Source of the DNA: a virus
Taxonomy: Duplodnaviria > Caudoviricetes
DNA: 40,359 bases
Direction: 5' to 3' (one strand)
IMG/VR virus record: IMGVR_UViG_3300031176_000059
Location: 1-40,359 of that record
Shown: piece by piece, positions 35,569 to 40,359 of the stretch
Layout: every line of letters starts with the position of its first letter
How positions within the stretch are numbered: position 1 is the first letter of the stretch
Notes under the pieces: model-generated
The model's database searches: none
Seen by the model: only the letters and a program-made list of their open reading frames with translations
What the model was told of the DNA's origin: nothing
Program-made: the position numbers and the translations under genes

Positions 35569-36522
35569 ATGCCGTGGCAGACACCGAAAACGAACTGGGC
35601 GTCGGCGGATGTGCCGGCGCCCAGTGACTTCAACCGGATCGAGGGCAATGCGGCAGAGCTGAAATCGGCCATTGGCACCCACAAATTCGCCCCCGTCCTC
35701 GATCACCCGGACGGAAGCGTGACGGATGCCAAGATTGGCAGCCGCACGATCAACGACACGTCAGTGCCGTCGGGGAACACCGGGACGCTGACCTCGCTGC
35801 TTGGCTGGCTTGCATACATGATCAAGGCCATCACCGGGAAATCGAGCTGGCGCACGGTACCGGCGACGACGCTTGAGGCGGCCGCGGCGCATATCAGCAA
35901 CACGAATAACCCACACGCTGTCACAAAAGCACAAGTCGGTCTCGGCAGCGTGGATAACTACCCGACCGCATCGCAAGCCGAAGCGGAGGCAGGAACGGCC
36001 GCGAACAGGTTTATGACGCCGCAACGGACGAAGCAGTACGTGGATACCAGGTTACAAAACGGACTTACGCTTCGGGAGCACAACGGGACCGTGGAAAGAT
36101 GGAATCAGCAGAAAGGGGAGTGGGAGCCGGTGGCAGCGGTTTTCCCGGTCGGTCGGCTACGCGGGGCGACTTTGAGCCTAACCAGTGAACAAAACAATGC
36201 ATATTATACGGTTCTCGATATTTCGGGGGTCAGTGGGCGCCTCGAATTTGTACGGGCCCAAGTCTCGAACAACGGCCCCGGCTATGTCTTTTACATGAGG
36301 GTCACGGTTGACGGAAAATCGGACGAATTTTCTGCTCAATCCAACACGACGGCGAACATGTCTCTTGATTACTTGGTTCGTCCATATGGAAGCGCCAACA
36401 ACCTAGTCGGCGACGTCTCAGATCCTATTTATTTTCAAAATTCGGTAAAAGTCGAGATCAAGAAAACAAACGCCGTGCTTAGTGCAACGGTACGCTACAG
36501 GCTCGCCGCGGGCACACCATGA
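35569..36522 (+). CDS. Tail fibre / receptor-binding protein
   Basis: WQTPKTNW...DFNRIEGN N-terminus; NPHAVTKAQVGLGSVDN and ASQAEAEAG..MTP fibre motifs. Confidence 0.8.
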   Translation: MPWQTPKTNWASADVPAPSDFNRIEGNAAELKSAIGTHKFAPVLDHPDGSVTDAKIGSRTINDTSVPSGNTGTLTSLLGWLAYMIKAITGKSSWRTVPATTLEAAAAHISNTNNPHAVTKAQVGLGSVDNYPTASQAEAEAGTAANRFMTPQRTKQYVDTRLQNGLTLREHNGTVERWNQQKGEWEPVAAVFPVGRLRGATLSLTSEQNNAYYTVLDISGVSGRLEFVRAQVSNNGPGYVFYMRVTVDGKSDEFSAQSNTTANMSLDYLVRPYGSANNLVGDVSDPIYFQNSVKVEIKKTNAVLSATVRYRLAAGTP

Positions 36523-36800
36523 CCATGACGGAGGGGAAGGGTATGGCAGTCACGACCAAAATTATCGAAGAAAACGGGAAGCAGTATCGTGTGACTGAAG
36601 ATCCGGAAACAGGCCTTTATATCAAAGAATGCCTTGACGAGGGAATCCCGCCGATGCCGGAACCTGATCCGCTCTCCGACCCCATAACCCAGTTGCAGCT
36701 GGCAGTGGCCGAGCTCGCGGAAGCAATCGAAGCAGACAAGACCGCCATCCATCTCGCCCTCGCCGAGCTGGCCGAGATAATCGCGGGAGGTGACGAGTGA
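36519..36800 (+). CDS. Hypothetical tail-associated protein
   Basis: QLAVAELAE repeats; typical partner of CD1375-like genes. Confidence 0.65.
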   Translation: MTMTEGKGMAVTTKIIEENGKQYRVTEDPETGLYIKECLDEGIPPMPEPDPLSDPITQLQLAVAELAEAIEADKTAIHLALAELAEIIAGGDE

Positions 36801-36801
36801 C

Positions 36802-36924
36802 GTGGCAAAAATCTACTACGATTTGATCAAAAAGGGACTGCGCACCATCGACGACGTGCCGCTGCGGTGGCGCGCCGAGGTGCAGACCATGCTGGATGCA
36901 GACACGAACACGGGCTCCGCATAA
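36802..36924 (+). CDS. CD1375/XkdX-like small protein (not in the ORF track)
   Basis: GTG start, RBS ggaggtg; MAKIYYDLIKKGLRTIDDVPLRWRAEVQTML. Confidence 0.75.
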   Translation: MAKIYYDLIKKGLRTIDDVPLRWRAEVQTMLDADTNTGSA

Positions 36925-36937
36925 GCGGGGCCTTTTC
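36913..36937 (+). terminator. Terminator-like hairpin before the lysis cassette
   Basis: ggctccgc-ataa-gcggggcc-tttt. Confidence 0.5.
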
Positions 36938-36953
36938 ATTTGGGGGTGGTTTT

Positions 36954-37154
36954 GTGGAGGGAGATGTGCTCAAATATTTCCTCACGCAAGGACCGTTCGC
37001 GGTTCTTTTCGTTTGGCTGCTGATCTACGTGATGAAGACCAACCGCGAGCGCGAAAACCGACTTCAGGCGCTTTTGGACAAGTTTTCGGAGAAATACGAT
37101 GTGATTATTTCCGAAATCCGAGACATCAAAAATATGATCGAGAGGGATGGTTGA
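36954..37154 (+). CDS. BhlA/UviB-family holin-like peptide
   Basis: TQGPFAVLFVWLLIYVMKTNRERE. Confidence 0.85.
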   Translation: MEGDVLKYFLTQGPFAVLFVWLLIYVMKTNRERENRLQALLDKFSEKYDVIISEIRDIKNMIERDG

Positions 37155-37407
37155 AATGGAAACCATCGCTACGGACATTCTTTCACTCGCCGCCGTTGTC
37201 GCGGCATACGTCGGCGTCGTGAAGGCATACGGCATCGATCCAAAGCACAGCCACGTCATCGCCCTGGCGATCGCGGCTATTTTTGTTTTGGTGCCGGAAT
37301 TCATTCAGCAGAAGCTGTTGTTGATCTCTGTGATTGGTTTGACGGCGTCCGGGGCCTACCAATACGTGAAGAAGCGGGAAGGTGGTGGAAATGGCGCGGG
37401 GAATTGA
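37147..37407 (+). CDS. Holin
   Basis: Three hydrophobic segments, GLTASGAY motif, charged tail. Confidence 0.78.
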   Translation: MVEMETIATDILSLAAVVAAYVGVVKAYGIDPKHSHVIALAIAAIFVLVPEFIQQKLLLISVIGLTASGAYQYVKKREGGGNGAGN

Positions 37408-38149
37408 TTGCGCAATACCGTTGACGCTTGAAAAAGCCCGTGCCATCCGTGCTGCCGGGTATGAATTCGTCGCCCGGTATTTGGTGCCGGAGCGCTATGC
37501 CTGGAAACGCCTCACCCGGGCGGAAGCGGAAGCGATCACGGTGGCCGGCATGAAGATCGTGTCGGTGTTCGAGACGGCTGCGAACCGACCGGCCGGCGGT
37601 GCTGCAGCGGGCGCCGTGGACGGCGCAGAGGCACTTAAAGAAGCGAAAGCCATCGGTCAGCCGATCGGGACCGCGATCTATTTCGCCGTGGACTACGACG
37701 CCCAGCCGCGGGATTACGATGCCATCGAGGAGTACCTGCGGTCGGCGGCATACGCGATCCCCGGGTACCATGTGGGCGTCTACGGCTCGTATGCCGTCGT
37801 GGAGGAAATGGCCCGACGGGGAGCGGCGCAGCATTTCTGGCAGACCTACGCCTGGAGCCGCGGGCGGAAGTCGAGCTATGCGAACATCTGGCAGCACAAA
37901 AACGGCGTGACGCTGGCCGGCCACACCGTCGATTTGAACGAGTCTTACGGCGGCGAGGGCTGGTGGGATACGAGGCAGGAGGTGAAGCCGAAAATGGACC
38001 AGAAGGACGCTGAGAAGATCATCAAAATCCTGCAAGCTCACTACGGTGTGGTGGCCGAGCTGGCCGGAGCGAAGGTTGCCAACCAAATCACGGAATTTCG
38101 CCGGCTCGCAAACGAGATCCGTAAGGTGGCCGGACTGCCGTTACAATGA
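37391..38149 (+). CDS. Endolysin, DUF1906 (GH25-like) glycoside hydrolase
   Basis: GIDC, FVARYL, IYFAVDYD, GVYG, WQTYAWS. Confidence 0.85.
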   Translation: MARGIDCAIPLTLEKARAIRAAGYEFVARYLVPERYAWKRLTRAEAEAITVAGMKIVSVFETAANRPAGGAAAGAVDGAEALKEAKAIGQPIGTAIYFAVDYDAQPRDYDAIEEYLRSAAYAIPGYHVGVYGSYAVVEEMARRGAAQHFWQTYAWSRGRKSSYANIWQHKNGVTLAGHTVDLNESYGGEGWWDTRQEVKPKMDQKDAEKIIKILQAHYGVVAELAGAKVANQITEFRRLANEIRKVAGLPLQ

Positions 38150-38152
38150 CGA

Positions 38153-38190
38153 AACCCCGCCTGGCCGTGTGGCTGGGCGGGGTGTTTTTT
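38153..38190 (+). terminator. Late operon terminator
   Basis: accccgcctggcc-gtgt-ggctgggcggggt followed by T run. Confidence 0.75.
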
Positions 38191-38191
38191 A

Positions 38192-38221
38192 TTGACGAAT
38201 ATAGTCTAAAATTGCTATATT
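38192..38221 (+). promoter_or_regulatory. SigA promoter of the lipoprotein moron
   Basis: TTGACG-18 bp-TATATT with extended TG. Confidence 0.65.
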
Positions 38222-38297
38222 TTAGGTGTCCGATAGGACGGCCTCACGTGCAGGAAGCACCGCCGTGGGGCATTAGCATTATAAGGGGGATAATAGG

Positions 38298-38882
38298 ATG
38301 AAGAAGTTATTCTGTATCATCGTCACTATTGTTTTCTTACTGACCGGCTGTGCCGAGTCCACAATTGAAAGAGTTGACACAAGCACAAACAGTCAACCAA
38401 ATACTGGTGCTTCAACAAGCGGTGCATCAAGTAATCAGACAGCTACTGAGACGGCCTCCACTGCGCAGGCGAGCAATAAAAATGCGCCTGAGATATTCCA
38501 AGTGGGCGACACGGTTAAATTTGACAATTTACAAATTACATTGAACGGTGTCAGGGAAGTCAAAGAGACCGAGTTTTTATCGCCCGATAACGACAAATAT
38601 CTTGTGATTGATCTAACCATCGAGAATGTTGGGAGCGAATCAGAAATTGTATCCACTCTCATGCAGATGGAACTGATGGACGCTGACAGTTTCTCATATT
38701 CACCAACGATTTATCTCGACGCCAAAGGCTCGGTGGATGGAGAAATTGCCCCTGGTCGCAAACAGCGTGGCGAAGTGGCGTTCGATGTGCCGGACTCTGA
38801 TTACTATGAATTTATTTTTTCCGATCCGTTCACGACAGGACAAGCCATCTGGCGGATCGAAAACAATGACATTGTACAATAA
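38298..38882 (+). CDS. DUF4352-type lipoprotein moron (candidate superinfection exclusion)
   Basis: Lipobox LLTGC, Ser/Thr-rich linker, FQVGDTV...DLTIEN...GEIAPG..RGEVAFDVP. Confidence 0.82.
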   Translation: MKKLFCIIVTIVFLLTGCAESTIERVDTSTNSQPNTGASTSGASSNQTATETASTAQASNKNAPEIFQVGDTVKFDNLQITLNGVREVKETEFLSPDNDKYLVIDLTIENVGSESEIVSTLMQMELMDADSFSYSPTIYLDAKGSVDGEIAPGRKQRGEVAFDVPDSDYYEFIFSDPFTTGQAIWRIENNDIVQ

Positions 38883-38884
38883 GC

Positions 38885-38926
38885 AAAATCCCCCGTATGC
38901 GGAAGCACCGCTGCGGGGGAATTTTT
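38885..38926 (+). terminator. Terminator after the lipoprotein gene
   Basis: tcccccgta...tgcggggga then attttt. Confidence 0.6.
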
Positions 38927-38928
38927 CT

Positions 38929-38950
38929 GACCAAAATCTGACCAAAATTT
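38929..38950 (+). repeat. Integrase arm-type sites (gaccaaaatctgaccaaaattt)
   Basis: 21 of 22 bases match 1441-1462. Confidence 0.75.
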
Positions 38951-39051
38951 TGTGAAATAATATGGAATGATATGAAAAGAGAAAACAAAGAAAGCCCGAT
39001 TTTACGGGCTTTTTGATTTATTATGAATATATATAATAGGTATAAATAATA

Positions 39052-39083
39052 AAGTTCGAGATGGAAGGTTCGATCGGATAATC
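39052..39083 (+). repeat. attR core (duplicate of the sufB 3' end)
   Basis: Identical to 1369-1400. Confidence 0.95.
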
Positions 39084-39100
39084 TTCCGGTGTGCGGTGAT

Positions 39101-39134
39101 AAAAAGGCAGCTGGGATAACCCGGCTGCCTTTTT
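39101..39134 (+). terminator. Original host sufB terminator, displaced by the prophage
   Basis: aaaaaggcagctggg-ataa-cccggctgccttttt about 20 nt after the duplicated stop codon. Confidence 0.8.
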
Positions 39135-39358
39135 GGTTTGAGAACCCTTTTTTATCGCGGATGGGTGCTGGAGCCGGATCCGCACGAACGCCGGCAAAAA
39201 ATGGCCAGTCGCGGAGGACAACCCGTTCCGGACCGCCATACACTGTATCAGACAGGCCGGCGGGGGCCGGCGGCCCCGCGGCGGACAAGCCGGCGCCCGG
39301 GAAAGCCGACGGTCCCCGCCGGTCTGGTTCAGCGGTCGGAAGGGAGGCCGGTCAACCG

Positions 39359-39679
39359 ATGATCGACTGGAAACGAAAGCTCGCCAGCCGGAAATTCTGG
39401 GCCCTCGTGGTTGCCGTTGTCACCAGCGCCCTCGTGCTGGCCGGCGCCGGCGAGGACACCATCGTGAAAGTGACCGCCCTGGTCACGTCGGTGGGCGCCG
39501 TGATCGCCTATATTTTGGCCGAAGCGCAGGTGGACTGCAAAAACGGTAACGGCAACGGCTACGGAAACGGCATCGGAAACGGCGATGCCAGCGGTCATGC
39601 CGGCCGCCATGAGGGCAACGGCCCAAATGGCAGCGGCAGCGGCGGGAAGGAATCCGGAAAAAGGAGCGGCGGACGATGA
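39359..39679 (+). CDS. Holin-like membrane protein with a Gly/Asn-rich tail (outside the prophage)
   Basis: MIDWKRKLASRKFW + 2 TM + AYILAEA; RBS ggagg. Confidence 0.7.
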   Translation: MIDWKRKLASRKFWALVVAVVTSALVLAGAGEDTIVKVTALVTSVGAVIAYILAEAQVDCKNGNGNGYGNGIGNGDASGHAGRHEGNGPNGSGSGGKESGKRSGGR

Positions 39680-40359
39680 AGGCCGCCGATTTCATTGCCC
39701 GCGTCGCGCCCGTCGCCGTCCGGCTCCGCCTGGAAGGTTCGCCGATTTTTCCGTCCCTCCGGATCGCCCAGGCGGCCCACGAAACCGGATGGACCCTGCA
39801 CGAATGGAACAATCTCGTCGGCCTGAAGGCGGGCAGCGGCAAGCCGACGCCGTACTGGGACGGGACCGTCAAAGTGACGCGGACGTGGGAAGTGATCGGC
39901 GGCCAGCGTGTCGAAACGGCGGCCAGCTGGCGCGCATACAAGTCCATCGAGGACTGTTTCCGCGACCAGGACCTGCTGTTTGCCGGCAGCCGCTACGCGC
40001 GGGTACGGGCGGCCCGGACGCCGGAGGAACAGGCGGACATGCTCCAGGCGTGCGGCTATGCGACGGATCCCCGGTATGCGGAAAAATTGAAGGCTGTCAT
40101 GGCCGCGTACAACCTCGTCCAATACGACAGGGAGGCGTTGAGGATGCAGGAAGTGATCAAGTCGATGGAAGAGCGGCTGAAGCGCCTCGAGGAAAAAGCC
40201 GGCGAACTGGAAAAACGGCTGAACCCCGTTCCGGCGCCGGCCTGGTTCGTGGCGGAATTCGGCAGTGCGGACCTCGGCGGGCTCATCCGCGAACCCGCCC
40301 TCATTCCCGAAGCCTGGCGCGCGCTGGCCGTGGCGCTCCGGGCGCAGAGGAAGGCTTGA
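39676..40359 (+). CDS. GH73 glucosaminidase / FlgJ-like peptidoglycan hydrolase (outside the prophage)
   Basis: IAQAAHETGW, NNLVGLKA, WRAY, GYATDPRY. Confidence 0.85.
   Translation: MKAADFIARVAPVAVRLRLEGSPIFPSLRIAQAAHETGWTLHEWNNLVGLKAGSGKPTPYWDGTVKVTRTWEVIGGQRVETAASWRAYKSIEDCFRDQDLLFAGSRYARVRAARTPEEQADMLQACGYATDPRYAEKLKAVMAAYNLVQYDREALRMQEVIKSMEERLKRLEEKAGELEKRLNPVPAPAWFVAEFGSADLGGLIREPALIPEAWRALAVALRAQRKA

Larger units (their letters stand above)
1369..39083. mobile_element. Temperate siphovirus prophage, about 37.7 kb, integrated at the sufB 3' end
   Basis: Flanking 32-bp direct repeat, integrase next to attL, full lysogeny/replication/packaging/head/tail/lysis gene order. Confidence 0.96.

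Noticed and set aside
35569-36522. Diversity-generating retroelement or invertible tail fibre
   Set aside because: No reverse transcriptase, template repeat, invertase or duplicated fibre segment seen.
38228-38290. Known riboswitch or tRNA in the lipoprotein leader
   Set aside because: No cloverleaf or riboswitch consensus that I recognise; kept only as an unexplained hairpin motif.

Overview
The window holds a complete-looking 37.7 kb temperate siphovirus prophage (about 1369-39083) integrated into the 3' end of the host sufB gene. The host is a fairly GC-rich Firmicute; Paenibacillaceae/Bacillales-like is my inference. The prophage is bounded by a perfect 32-bp att core duplication plus arm-type repeats. 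Gene order: tyrosine integrase, ImmA-like protease, repressor / Cro, antirepressor, putative excisionase, a PAPS-reductase-like protein, SNF2 helicase, C5 DNA methyltransferase, a family B DNA polymerase fused in frame to an ERF-type annealing protein (with a likely internal start), YqaJ exonuclease, SSB, a frameshifted VRR-NUC, primase-helicase, a symmetric iteron origin centred on a 42-bp alternating purine/pyrimidine tract, RinA, a TIR + GIY-YIG moron pair around the late promoter, HNH/cos/terminase, HK97-type head, non-contractile tail, lysis cassette and a DUF4352 lipoprotein moron. Beyond attR lie the displaced sufB terminator and a holin-like + GH73 hydrolase pair. The best leads are the PolB-ERF nested fusion, the self-promoted stand-alone TIR gene, the convergent-promoter immunity switch, the origin architecture and several small structured or antisense RNA candidates. 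All family calls come from motif recognition by eye; no database searches were run.
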